Shown: piece by piece, positions 1 through 9,024 of the stretch
How the letters are laid out: every line of letters begins with the position of its first letter
How positions within the stretch are numbered: the first letter of the stretch is position 1
NCBI GenBank assembly: GCA_048886305.1
Contig: JBHLKV010000001.1
Coordinates: 13,039 to 77,038 of the forward strand
Length of the DNA: 64,000 bases
Direction: 5' to 3'
Origin: Candidatus Hodarchaeota archaeon
Lineage (GTDB): Archaea; Asgardarchaeota; Lokiarchaeia; Sigyniarchaeales; SOKP01
Program-made: the position numbers and the translations under genes
Notes under the pieces: generated by a model
Told to the model about the DNA's origin: nothing
Database searches by the model: none
The model's input: the letters and a program-made list of their open reading frames with translations, nothing else

Positions 1-855
1 GATATTCAAAGAATTGCCCAGACAATATCAAAGGAGCGTCCATTTATGGTTGTCGCCGTTCCTGCACACTATACAAGATTGCTTCAAATGGATATTCCAA
101 AAGCTCCTATATTCTACGTTTCTGGTGCTGCACCTCTAGCCCCGGAACTTGCTACTGAATTTGCAAATAAAACAGGCGTAGAAATGAGTGAAGGTTATGG
201 GGCGACAGAAACTACCACAGTCTCTAGTGTTAATATATCGGCAATATCAAAAGTTACTGGATTTGTAGCAAAAGTAAAGAGAGGTGTTGGAATACCACTC
301 CCTGATGTAGAAATTAAAATAGTTGATCCCGAAACAGGTGAAGAAGTCCCAATAGGGGAAACTGGGGAGATTTGGGTTCGTGGTCCTCATTTAATGAAAG
401 GATATTGGCCAACTCCAGGTAAAGGCTTAACTGATGATGGTTGGCTTCCTATGGGTGATATTGGAAAAATGGATGAGGATGGTTATATGTATATCGTTGA
501 TCGCATTAAAGATATGATTAATGTATCAGGGATGAAAGTATATTCAAGGGTGATTGATGATATATTACATGAACACCCTGCTGTTGGAGTTGCAGGAGTT
601 ATAGGAATCCCAGATACTGAGCGTCCAGGAAGTGAAAGAATAAAAGCATTTATATCATTAAAACCAGAATATGAGGGCAAAGTTTCTGAACAAGATATAA
701 TTGATTATTTAAAAGATAAAGTTAAGCCATATGCAGTACCGAAATTCGTTGAATTTAGACCGAATTTGCCATTAACTATGGTCATGAAATTATTTAAGAA
801 AAAACTAAGAGAAGAAGAAATAGCAAAAATGAAAGAGAGAGGCGAAATTAAGTAA
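1..855 (+). CDS. AMP-forming acyl-CoA synthetase (fatty-acid--CoA ligase family), C-terminal part; 5' end lies outside the window
   Basis: Frame 1 is open from base 1 to the TAA at 853-855. Adenylate-forming enzyme motifs are visible: SEGYGATETT, GEIWVRGPHLMKGYW, GDIGKMDEDGYMYIVDRIKDMI and the C-terminal PKFVEF..LPLT. Confidence 0.85.
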   Translation, partial: DIQRIAQTISKERPFMVVAVPAHYTRLLQMDIPKAPIFYVSGAAPLAPELATEFANKTGVEMSEGYGATETTTVSSVNISAISKVTGFVAKVKRGVGIPLPDVEIKIVDPETGEEVPIGETGEIWVRGPHLMKGYWPTPGKGLTDDGWLPMGDIGKMDEDGYMYIVDRIKDMINVSGMKVYSRVIDDILHEHPAVGVAGVIGIPDTERPGSERIKAFISLKPEYEGKVSEQDIIDYLKDKVKPYAVPKFVEFRPNLPLTMVMKLFKKKLREEEIAKMKERGEIK

Positions 856-960
856 ATTAATTACGAAAGATTTATTTTTTTCTAATTAAAATTAAATTTT
901 TTTTAAATTTAAAATATATATAAAATATTAAAACAAATAGAAATTTTAGAGTGGTAAAAA

Positions 961-1383
961 ATGAAATTTGGAACCCCAGAGTGGGCAGAAGCTTTTATGA
1001 AGGCTGTCAATGAAAATTCTAATTATAGAGATGCAGCTGGACCGGACGGATTTCCCCCTGACGGATGGGAAGGTGATTTCCTCTTTATAGTTGAACCTTC
1101 GGGTAACTTAGACCATGAAATAAAAATGTTTGTAGGTTTATATCATGGTGAATGTACAGGATGTAGAGTCTTAAAAGAAGGAGAGGAAGTAGAAACTGAA
1201 TATATTTATGCCGGACCTTATGACGCTTGGGTACAAGTCTTAAAAAAAGAATTAGATCCTATCCGTGGGCTGTTAGCGGGTAAGTTTAAGCTAAAAGGTG
1301 ACATGTCAAAAATTTTAAAGGCAACACGAGCAGCCCAAGAGCTAGTAGTTAGCACTACTATGTTTGATACAGAATTTTATTAA
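961..1383 (+). CDS. SCP2 (sterol-carrier-protein-2) domain protein
   Basis: 140 aa, the size of a single SCP2 alpha/beta domain. The C-terminal LAGKFKLKGDMSKILK matches the classic GKLKIxGDM signature. It lies directly downstream of the acyl-CoA ligase. Confidence 0.7.
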   Translation: MKFGTPEWAEAFMKAVNENSNYRDAAGPDGFPPDGWEGDFLFIVEPSGNLDHEIKMFVGLYHGECTGCRVLKEGEEVETEYIYAGPYDAWVQVLKKELDPIRGLLAGKFKLKGDMSKILKATRAAQELVVSTTMFDTEFY

Positions 1384-1450
1384 ATTTAAGAAATCTTTTT
1401 TACTTTTTTTTTCTTTATCTTTTGTATATCAAACAATTTTAATATTTAAA

Positions 1451-2254
1451 ATGCCTAATCACGATAATAACTTATCTGAATTAACAGAAAAACTAGTTTA
1501 CTTTTTTGATTTAGATGGTACTATCTATCTAGGGGATAAATTATTCGAAGGTGTTCTTGATTTAATCGAAATATTAAGAACTAAGAAAAAAAAATTTTAT
1601 TTCCTCTCGAATAATTCGAGCAAATCTACCACTGATTATCTAAAAAAATTAAATAATTTTAATCTCGATGTTTCGCACGATGATCTCATTTTATCACAGC
1701 ATCCTACAATGGATTATTTAAAAAAAAATAATTATAAAAAGATTTTTTTATTGGGTACTCAATCTCTCAAAGAAGAATTTAAAAATGAGGGATTTATTTT
1801 AACCGAAGAAGATCCAGAAATTTTAGTACTTGCTTTTGATCAAGAATTAACTTATGATCGTTTAGTTAAAGCATCACATTTACTTCAGAAAGAAGAATTT
1901 CCTTATATTGCAACACACCTAGATAATAAATGTCCCACCGAAGAAGGTTTTATTCCAGATGCAGGTGGTATAGCTGCTCTTTTATATAGAGCAACAGAAC
2001 GATCACCTAGAGTTTTCGGAAAACCAAATAAAGAAATGCTATTGTTTAAGTTGGAGCAATTAGGAATTTCTCCTGAGAATGCCGTGATGTTTGGGGATAG
2101 ATTGTATACAGATATAATAATGGGAATAAAAGCAGGTGTTACAACCTGTTGTGTTTTATCTGGTGAAATGACAATGGATATGATAAATAAAAGTGAATTT
2201 AAACCAGATTTTGTAATTAATGGAATCTGGGAGCTATTAAATGAATTCAAATAA
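1451..2254 (+). CDS. HAD-superfamily hydrolase, subfamily IIA (NagD/PGP-like sugar or p-nitrophenyl phosphatase)
   Basis: HAD motifs FFDLDGTIYLG, LSNNSS, GKP and GDRLYTDI. The ATG at 1451 is preferred. The track start at 1364 is a TTG that overlaps the previous gene and adds a 29-aa low-complexity leader. Confidence 0.8.
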   Translation: MPNHDNNLSELTEKLVYFFDLDGTIYLGDKLFEGVLDLIEILRTKKKKFYFLSNNSSKSTTDYLKKLNNFNLDVSHDDLILSQHPTMDYLKKNNYKKIFLLGTQSLKEEFKNEGFILTEEDPEILVLAFDQELTYDRLVKASHLLQKEEFPYIATHLDNKCPTEEGFIPDAGGIAALLYRATERSPRVFGKPNKEMLLFKLEQLGISPENAVMFGDRLYTDIIMGIKAGVTTCCVLSGEMTMDMINKSEFKPDFVINGIWELLNEFK

Positions 2255-2406
2255 GTTTTAATCTAATACTTTTCGAAAATTTTAATTCTTAAATGAGACT
2301 AAAATAATTATCTAAATATTGAAGTTATTTACGTAAAATATAAAAGTTAATTGCTTTGTTTTAATGATAACTAAAACTGATGATTAAAGTTTTTTGGTAA
2401 TCAATC

Positions 2407-5106
2407 ATGACAATCACTGAAAATAAAAAATTTATCTATGACTTTAATGAAGGAAATAAAGATTTAAAAGGTCTACTTGGCGGAAAAGGAGCTAACCTTG
2501 CAGAAATGACAAATCTAGGTTTTAATATACCTCCAGGTTTTACAATTACAACAGAAGCTTGTTTACTATATTTTAATAATCCCAAAAAAGTAATGGATGA
2601 CCTAAAACCTGATGTCATCGAGCATCTAAAGATTTTAGAAAAAAATACAGGAAAAAATTTTGGGGATATTAAAAACCCCCTTCTTGTATCAGTTCGCTCC
2701 GGAGCACCACAAAGCATGCCTGGTATGATGGATACAGTCCTAAATCTAGGTCTCAATGACCGGAGTGTACAAGGCTTGGGTGAACAGACAAATAATCTTC
2801 GTTTTGCTTATGATTCTTATAGAAGATTTATTCAAATGTTTGGCGATGTTGTCATGGGTATTGGGGATGAGAAGTTTGAAAGGATTTTGAATAAATATAA
2901 AAGATTAATTTCCCGTGATGCTCAAGATACTGATTTAGATGTGAAAGATCTACAAAAAATAATAGCTGACTATAAAGCATTATATGAAAAAGAAATTAGA
3001 TCACCTTTTCCTCAAGATCCCTTTGAACAGCTCTTTCTTGCTATAGAAGCAGTCTTTAAATCGTGGAATAATAGGAGAGCAATAACATACCGAAGAATAA
3101 ATAATATTCCCGATTTTGGAACAGCAGTAAATATTCAAACAATGGTATTTGGTAATAAAGGATGGAAATCAGCAACAGGTGTTGCTTTTACAAGAGATCC
3201 ATCAACTGGAGAGAATAAAAAATTTGGTGAATATTTAACAAATGCTCAAGGTGAGGATGTAGTTGCTGGAATTCGTACACCAAAGAAACTAGATGAAATG
3301 AAAGAAGAATTTCCTAAAATATATAAAGAATTAATTAATACAATGGAAAAGCTAGAAAATCATTATAGAGACATGCAAGATATTGAATTTACAATCGAAG
3401 ATGGCAAGTTAAATATATTACAAACTCGTAACGGAAAACGAACTCCTTCTGCTGCTGTAAAAATTGCTGTTGATATGGTTAAAGAAGGTTTACTTACAAA
3501 AGAAGAAGCTATAATGAGTGTAGATCCAAAAAGAATATCAAAATTGTTATTTAAAAGCATCGATGAAAATTCAATAGTACATGTTTTAGCACATGGTATT
3601 AATGCCTCTCCTGGGGCTGTTTCGGGTATTGCAGTCTTCGATCCAGATAGAGCAGAAGAATTAGCAAATCAAGAGGACACAGAAGTTATCTTGGTCCGCC
3701 CACAAACAAAACCGGATGACGTTCATGGTTTATATGCTTCCAGTGGGGTTTTAACCCAATTTGGTGGAAAAACATCCCACGCCGCAGTGGTTGCTAGAGG
3801 TATGGGTAAACCTGCTGTTGTTGGTGCCCAAGATGTTGAAATTGATGAGGAAAAGAGAGAATTTAGAGTGGGGGATATGGTTGTGAGTGAAGGTGACTAC
3901 GTAACTATTGATGGAACAACAGGTAGGGTAATAGAAGGAAAAGTACCTTTAGTTGATCCTGAAATAAAAGGGGAATTTTTAGAATTATTAGATATGTGTG
4001 ACACTGTAAAACGACTTGGTGTCCGTGCAAACGCAGATACTCCTACTGATGCTCGAAAAGCTATAGAATTTGGAGCTGATGGAATAGGGCTCACAAGAAC
4101 AGAGCATATGTTTATGGCACAAGATCGTCTGCCAACAGTCCAAAAAATGATTATAGCTCGTACTACTGAGGATCGTCAGGACGCTTTAAACAAGATTTTA
4201 CCTTGGCAAAAACAGGATTTTTATGAAATTTTTAAAATAATGGAAGGAAAACCAGTTACCATTAGATTATTAGATCCACCTTTACATGAGTTTTTACCTG
4301 ATCTGGCTACGGTTCTGCTTGAAAGTCAAGAACTTAAGATGACAAATGCATTATCAAACTCTTTGTTAAATATTGAACCATTAAAAGCTCAAATCAAAAA
4401 AAAAAGCAAAGTTATTAGCCTTATTCGTTCACTCTCCGAGGAAAATCCCATGATGGGGTTAAGAGGCTGTAGATTGGGAATTGTCTGGCCAGAGATCAAT
4501 GAGATGCAAGTAAAGGCGATCTTCGAGGCAGCCTGTGAACTTAAACTTCAAGGAATTAATGTAATCCCCGAAGTTATGATTCCATTAATAGGAATGCTTT
4601 CAGAATTGCAATATGTTAAATCACAATTACTCACAATAGCTGAAGAAACAATTAAAGATTATGGTGTAGAATTGGATTATAAATTTGGTACAATGATTGA
4701 AATACCAAGAGCTGCATTAACTGCTGATGAAATTGCTATCGAAGCTGAATTTTTCTCTTTTGGAACTAATGATTTGACTCAAATGACTTATGGATTCTCA
4801 CGAGATGATGCCGAAGGAAAATTTCTTCCAATTTACCTCAATAAGGAAATTTTAGAGAATAATCCTTTTGAAATATTGGATCAAGATGGTGTAGGTAAAT
4901 TAATGAAGATGGCTATTAAGTTAGGTAGAAAAACGAGATCAGATTTGAAATGTGGTATATGTGGAGAACATGGTGGTGAGCCAAGCTCGATTAAATTTGC
5001 TCATTCTATTGGACTAGATTATGTGTCATGTTCGCCATATAGAATTCCCGTGGCAAGAATAGCAGCAGCACAAGCTGCAATAACGGAAAAGAAAGGAAAA
5101 AAATAA
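2407..5106 (+). CDS. ppdK: pyruvate, phosphate dikinase
   Basis: 899 aa. N-terminal ATP-grasp motif GGKGANLAEM, phospho-His swivel motif GGKTSHAAVVARGMGKP, and a C-terminal PEP/pyruvate barrel with FFSFGTNDLTQ and CGEHGG. Confidence 0.95.
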   Translation: MTITENKKFIYDFNEGNKDLKGLLGGKGANLAEMTNLGFNIPPGFTITTEACLLYFNNPKKVMDDLKPDVIEHLKILEKNTGKNFGDIKNPLLVSVRSGAPQSMPGMMDTVLNLGLNDRSVQGLGEQTNNLRFAYDSYRRFIQMFGDVVMGIGDEKFERILNKYKRLISRDAQDTDLDVKDLQKIIADYKALYEKEIRSPFPQDPFEQLFLAIEAVFKSWNNRRAITYRRINNIPDFGTAVNIQTMVFGNKGWKSATGVAFTRDPSTGENKKFGEYLTNAQGEDVVAGIRTPKKLDEMKEEFPKIYKELINTMEKLENHYRDMQDIEFTIEDGKLNILQTRNGKRTPSAAVKIAVDMVKEGLLTKEEAIMSVDPKRISKLLFKSIDENSIVHVLAHGINASPGAVSGIAVFDPDRAEELANQEDTEVILVRPQTKPDDVHGLYASSGVLTQFGGKTSHAAVVARGMGKPAVVGAQDVEIDEEKREFRVGDMVVSEGDYVTIDGTTGRVIEGKVPLVDPEIKGEFLELLDMCDTVKRLGVRANADTPTDARKAIEFGADGIGLTRTEHMFMAQDRLPTVQKMIIARTTEDRQDALNKILPWQKQDFYEIFKIMEGKPVTIRLLDPPLHEFLPDLATVLLESQELKMTNALSNSLLNIEPLKAQIKKKSKVISLIRSLSEENPMMGLRGCRLGIVWPEINEMQVKAIFEAACELKLQGINVIPEVMIPLIGMLSELQYVKSQLLTIAEETIKDYGVELDYKFGTMIEIPRAALTADEIAIEAEFFSFGTNDLTQMTYGFSRDDAEGKFLPIYLNKEILENNPFEILDQDGVGKLMKMAIKLGRKTRSDLKCGICGEHGGEPSSIKFAHSIGLDYVSCSPYRIPVARIAAAQAAITEKKGKK

Positions 5107-5217
5107 ATTCTCTTTTTCAATCAATTGTTCTCATTGCGAGAATTGCCATTATTCAAGTAAAAGTAATAAATTAATTCATCAATAAAATAATTAAACCTTG
5201 AAAATTTATGTTTAACA

Positions 5218-6354
5218 ATGGATATTAAAGAAAAATTTGAATTAATAATAAAAGGTACAGAAGAAGTCCTTACTGAGGATGATTTAAAGCTTTATATTGA
5301 AACTGAGATACCTTTAAATCACTATATTGGTTTTGAGATTTCAGGTAAAATTCATTTAGGAACAGGACTTATTTGCATGTCTAAAATTAAAGATTTCTTG
5401 GATGCTGGAGTAAAATGCTCAATATTTTTAGCTGATTGGCATAGCTGGATAAATGATAAATTAGGAGGAGATATGGATAAAATCCAGAAAATTGGAGTTG
5501 GTTATTTCAAAGAAGGGCTTAAAGCATGTCTTAGTTGTGTAGGTGCAGATCCTGAGAAAGTTAAATTTTCACTTGGTACAGACCTTTACCATAACAATGA
5601 TAATTATTGGGAAACGCTAATAGATGTTTGCAAAAGCACTACTTTAAACAGAATGCAAAGAAGTATAACAATTATGGGCCGAAAAATGGGAGAAAATGTT
5701 GATTTTGCAAAATTATTATATCCCGCAATGCAAGTTGCCGATATTTTTTCCCAAAATGTCAATTTTGCCCATGCGGGGTATGATCAAAGAAAAGCTCATG
5801 TAATTGCGAGGGATGTTGCTTTAAAAATGAAGAAAAATAATCTAACAAATACATCTGGAGAGAAAATTAAACCAATTTGCGTTCACCATCATTTAATTCT
5901 AGGATTAGTAAAACCATCTATTTGGCCTATTAGTGATGAATCACAACTTCAAGAAATGTGGTCTGATATGAAGATGAGCAAATCAATACCTAATTCAGCT
6001 GTGTTTATTAATGATACACCAGAGGAGATAAAAAATAAGGTAAAATCAGCATTTTGCCCTGAAGGAAACGTATCTTTCAATCCAATTCTAGACTGGGTGA
6101 AATACCTTATCTTTAAAGACAAAAAATCAACTCTTTTAATAGAAAGAACTCCAAAGTTTGGTGGTGATATTGAATATCATTCTTATAAAGATGTGGAACA
6201 AGCTTTCTTAAAAAAAGAATTACATCCACTTGACCTAAAGATGGGAGTAGCAAACAAGATTATTAATGTTTTAGAACCTGTTCGAAAGCATTTTGAGCAG
6301 CCTAAAATAAAAAAGATGAAGAAAGAATTAGAAGAATTAATAATAACTCGTTAG
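5218..6354 (+). CDS. tyrS: tyrosyl-tRNA synthetase, archaeal/eukaryal type
   Basis: Collinear by eye with Methanocaldococcus jannaschii TyrRS (from memory): YIGFEISGKIHLG, YPAMQVADI, DQRKAHVIARD, KMSKS, PEEIKNKVKSAFCP, PKFGGDIEYHSY..ELHPLDLK. It is about 70 aa longer, with an insert before KMSKS and a basic C-terminal tail. Confidence 0.9.
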   Translation: MDIKEKFELIIKGTEEVLTEDDLKLYIETEIPLNHYIGFEISGKIHLGTGLICMSKIKDFLDAGVKCSIFLADWHSWINDKLGGDMDKIQKIGVGYFKEGLKACLSCVGADPEKVKFSLGTDLYHNNDNYWETLIDVCKSTTLNRMQRSITIMGRKMGENVDFAKLLYPAMQVADIFSQNVNFAHAGYDQRKAHVIARDVALKMKKNNLTNTSGEKIKPICVHHHLILGLVKPSIWPISDESQLQEMWSDMKMSKSIPNSAVFINDTPEEIKNKVKSAFCPEGNVSFNPILDWVKYLIFKDKKSTLLIERTPKFGGDIEYHSYKDVEQAFLKKELHPLDLKMGVANKIINVLEPVRKHFEQPKIKKMKKELEELIITR

Positions 6355-6400
6355 TTATTTTATAGATATATCTTTACCTCTAAAAATAAGAAATATAATT

Positions 6401-7027
6401 ATGCTAAAATTATTAGCTATTGGAGACTCTCATATCCCACGTAGAGCTAAAAGGATCCCTGATAAAATAATTGAAAAATTAAATCAATTAACTGAAACAG
6501 AATTATTTAAACTCACCTTTTTTACGGGGGATCTAATACAGGCTCCAAAATTTTTAAATTTTCTAAATTTGAAAACAAAAGGGGAATTATTAATAGTTAT
6601 TGGTAATATGGATCATTTTGGAGGAAATCGAGATGCTCCAATGTTTCAAAAAAGTGATTTAACATTTTCAGATAAAGAAGTAATAACCATTGGATTGACT
6701 CACGGTCACCAAATATCTCCAAGAGGCGATCTTAAGCAATTAGAACTACTTGCTATCGAAAAAGAATTCAACATTTTAATATCTGGTCATACCCATAAAG
6801 AAGAAGTATTCCTTACTGAAAAAGGGATTTTGTTATTAAATCCTGGAAGTGTTACTGGGGCTTGGTCATTTATAGCAAGTAATAATCCCTCTTTTATTAC
6901 TCTAAATTTTTCTCTAAAAACACAAGAAATCGATGTTAATTTATTTCAATTGGATATTAGATCCTCCAAACTAAACAATTTACGTTCTCATTTTATTTTT
7001 CAAAATAATCGGATTAAGTATAAATAA
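6401..7027 (+). CDS. VPS29-like calcineurin-fold metallophosphoesterase (Metallophos_2 / MJ0936 superfamily)
   Basis: Motifs GDSHIP, TGD, GNMD, GLTHGHQISPRGD, ILISGHTHK, NPGSVTGAW and PSFITL. By eye these are collinear with human VPS29 (GDLHIPHR, GLIHGHQVIPWGD, ILISGHTHK, NPGSATGAY, PSFVLM). Confidence 0.75.
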   Translation: MLKLLAIGDSHIPRRAKRIPDKIIEKLNQLTETELFKLTFFTGDLIQAPKFLNFLNLKTKGELLIVIGNMDHFGGNRDAPMFQKSDLTFSDKEVITIGLTHGHQISPRGDLKQLELLAIEKEFNILISGHTHKEEVFLTEKGILLLNPGSVTGAWSFIASNNPSFITLNFSLKTQEIDVNLFQLDIRSSKLNNLRSHFIFQNNRIKYK

Positions 7028-7081
7028 TTAAAACATCATATTGATTTTACAAATAAAATAAAAAGAAGTTATTTTTTAGTT

Positions 7082-7489
7082 CTAATCCAAAACAAGTAAT
7101 TTAGATAGCTTTAATAGTATCCCAAGATTGCGTTTTCCACTTGAGCTTCTTGAAAATCTTAATTTTTTATATCCAAACCTATTCTTTTTAAACATCATAT
7201 GGACAGTTGAATTTTCTCCATTTGAAAAAAACATTAAATCTTCTGGAGCCGACATTAGTTCTAAGTCATATTCATCTAATTTACCTCTATTCAAGTTAAA
7301 ATCTCCATCCTTTGCTATTAAATTTAGCCAAAAATAGAAATCTTGCTCAATTTGTAATCCTAAGTTAATTTTTGCTTCGAAATTATTAAGGAGTTTTAAA
7401 TTCTTAGGATTTTTTCGTTTATCCTTTATGATACTCTCAATTACTTGTTGAAATGTTATAAATAAATTCTCTTTCTCAGATTCTTCCAT
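7082..7489 (-). CDS. hypothetical protein, SCP2-like fold (tentative)
   Basis: 135 aa. The pattern INLGLQIEQDFYFWLNLIAKDGDFNLNRGKL..DLELMSAPEDLMFF..G....GKRNLGILLKLSKLL follows the SCP2 strand/helix layout. There are no catalytic motifs. Confidence 0.4.
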   Translation of the reverse strand: MEESEKENLFITFQQVIESIIKDKRKNPKNLKLLNNFEAKINLGLQIEQDFYFWLNLIAKDGDFNLNRGKLDEYDLELMSAPEDLMFFSNGENSTVHMMFKKNRFGYKKLRFSRSSSGKRNLGILLKLSKLLVLD

Positions 7490-7649
7490 ATAAAAGCCTC
7501 CTAATTAAATGGTTTTTTAGAAATTACTAAAACTAAATTTAAGTATTAAATAATTAATTAAGTTTAATAAAATTCTATGTATTAATATTTAAATTATATA
7601 TTTTGAAATAGAAATAAAATAAAAACAATAGAAAAATTAAAGGTGAAAA

Positions 7650-8855
7650 TTGTTAATGTGGCATTTTTATTCCCCTAATATAATATATGGCGAGGATGCT
7701 TTAAATTATATAGAAAATATAAAAGGAACAAAGTGTTTTATTGTCACTGATAAATTAATTGAAGAATTAGGTTATCTAAAAATCCTTACAGATAAACTTG
7801 AAAAATTAGGTAAAAATTTTTCAGTATTTACTGATGTAGTACCAGATCCTCATGAAGAAAATGTAATGAAAGGAAAGGAGAAATGCAATGCCTATGAACC
7901 TGATTTAATAATAGCCTTGGGAGGTGGATCTGTAATGGATTCAGCAAAAGCTATTTGGGCCATGTACGAATATCCTGAATATACATTGGATAATATTCAG
8001 GTTTTTAACGAACAATTGCATGATTTTGCAAATAAAGCAAAAATGATCGCTATTCCTACTACTTCTGGAACCGGAGCTGAGACAACTTGGGCAATAGTTA
8101 TCTCTAGATTTCAAAATGGGGTTTGGAGAAAAGAAGCAACTAACCATCCTTCATTAATCCCTACATATGCTATAGTTGATCCTATCTTTCCGAGGGGTAT
8201 GCCTCAAAAATTAACTGTTAATACTGCTTTTGATGCGTTAGCACATGCTATGGAAGGAATGGTATCTAGTTGGAAAAATGAATTTTCTGATGCTATGGGA
8301 TTAAAGGCAATTGAATTAATCTTTAAATACTTGCCTGTTGCTTTTAAAGACGGAGATAATATGGAAGCAAGAGATTATTTACATCAAGCAGCAAGTATGG
8401 CAGGTTTAGCTTTTGGGAATAGTCAAGCTCATATTGGACATGCTATGGGGCATAGTTTTAGTACTATTTTCCATACACATCATGGACAATCAGTTGGTCT
8501 TTTTCTTCCATATGTCATCCAATTTTGCTTGAATGATCCAGGTGAAACCAATGAATCAATTATGACGAATTCAAATCTTGCAAAAAAGTTAGGATGGGCA
8601 AATTGGGATGAGGATGATAAGAAAGCTGCTTATAATGTAGTAAAGAAGCTAAAGGAACTTCAAAATAAAGTGGGTTTTATATCGAACCTTAAAGATTTAG
8701 GAATAGATAAAGAGGAGTTAGAGAATAATTTAGGTAAGTTAGTCAGTTTATGTTTTCAAGATATATGTAATACAATGACCCCAAGACTCCCAAATAAAGA
8801 AGAGTATATAAAAATTTATACTTATGCCTATGAAGGAAAAGATGTTGACTTTTAA
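7650..8855 (+). CDS. iron-containing (group III) alcohol dehydrogenase
   Basis: GGGSVMDSAKA nucleotide-binding motif and metal-ligand His clusters (ALAHAMEG, AHIGHAMGHS). AGGTGA lies 4 nt upstream of the TTG at 7650. The ATG at 7656 is an equally plausible start. Confidence 0.85.
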   Translation: MLMWHFYSPNIIYGEDALNYIENIKGTKCFIVTDKLIEELGYLKILTDKLEKLGKNFSVFTDVVPDPHEENVMKGKEKCNAYEPDLIIALGGGSVMDSAKAIWAMYEYPEYTLDNIQVFNEQLHDFANKAKMIAIPTTSGTGAETTWAIVISRFQNGVWRKEATNHPSLIPTYAIVDPIFPRGMPQKLTVNTAFDALAHAMEGMVSSWKNEFSDAMGLKAIELIFKYLPVAFKDGDNMEARDYLHQAASMAGLAFGNSQAHIGHAMGHSFSTIFHTHHGQSVGLFLPYVIQFCLNDPGETNESIMTNSNLAKKLGWANWDEDDKKAAYNVVKKLKELQNKVGFISNLKDLGIDKEELENNLGKLVSLCFQDICNTMTPRLPNKEEYIKIYTYAYEGKDVDF

Positions 8856-9024
8856 TTCAGTTTTTTATAACTTTTTTTTAATAATTTAAATTTATTGATT
8901 GAATTTTCCCCTAAAATCGTTATTTTTCTAAAATGTTAAACATAAATATAACGAGTTTATATTATTTTTTTAAAGCTATCTTTGTATAATTTCCATAAAA
9001 TTTTTTACTCAATAGAATAAAATT

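Noticed and set aside
5218-6354. The TyrRS HIGH-region reads HLGT instead of HLGH, which could be seen as an inactivating change.
   Set aside because: As far as I recall, the last position of this motif is not conserved in eukaryotic TyrRS either. KMSKS and the tyrosine-pocket residues look intact, so this is treated as normal variation.
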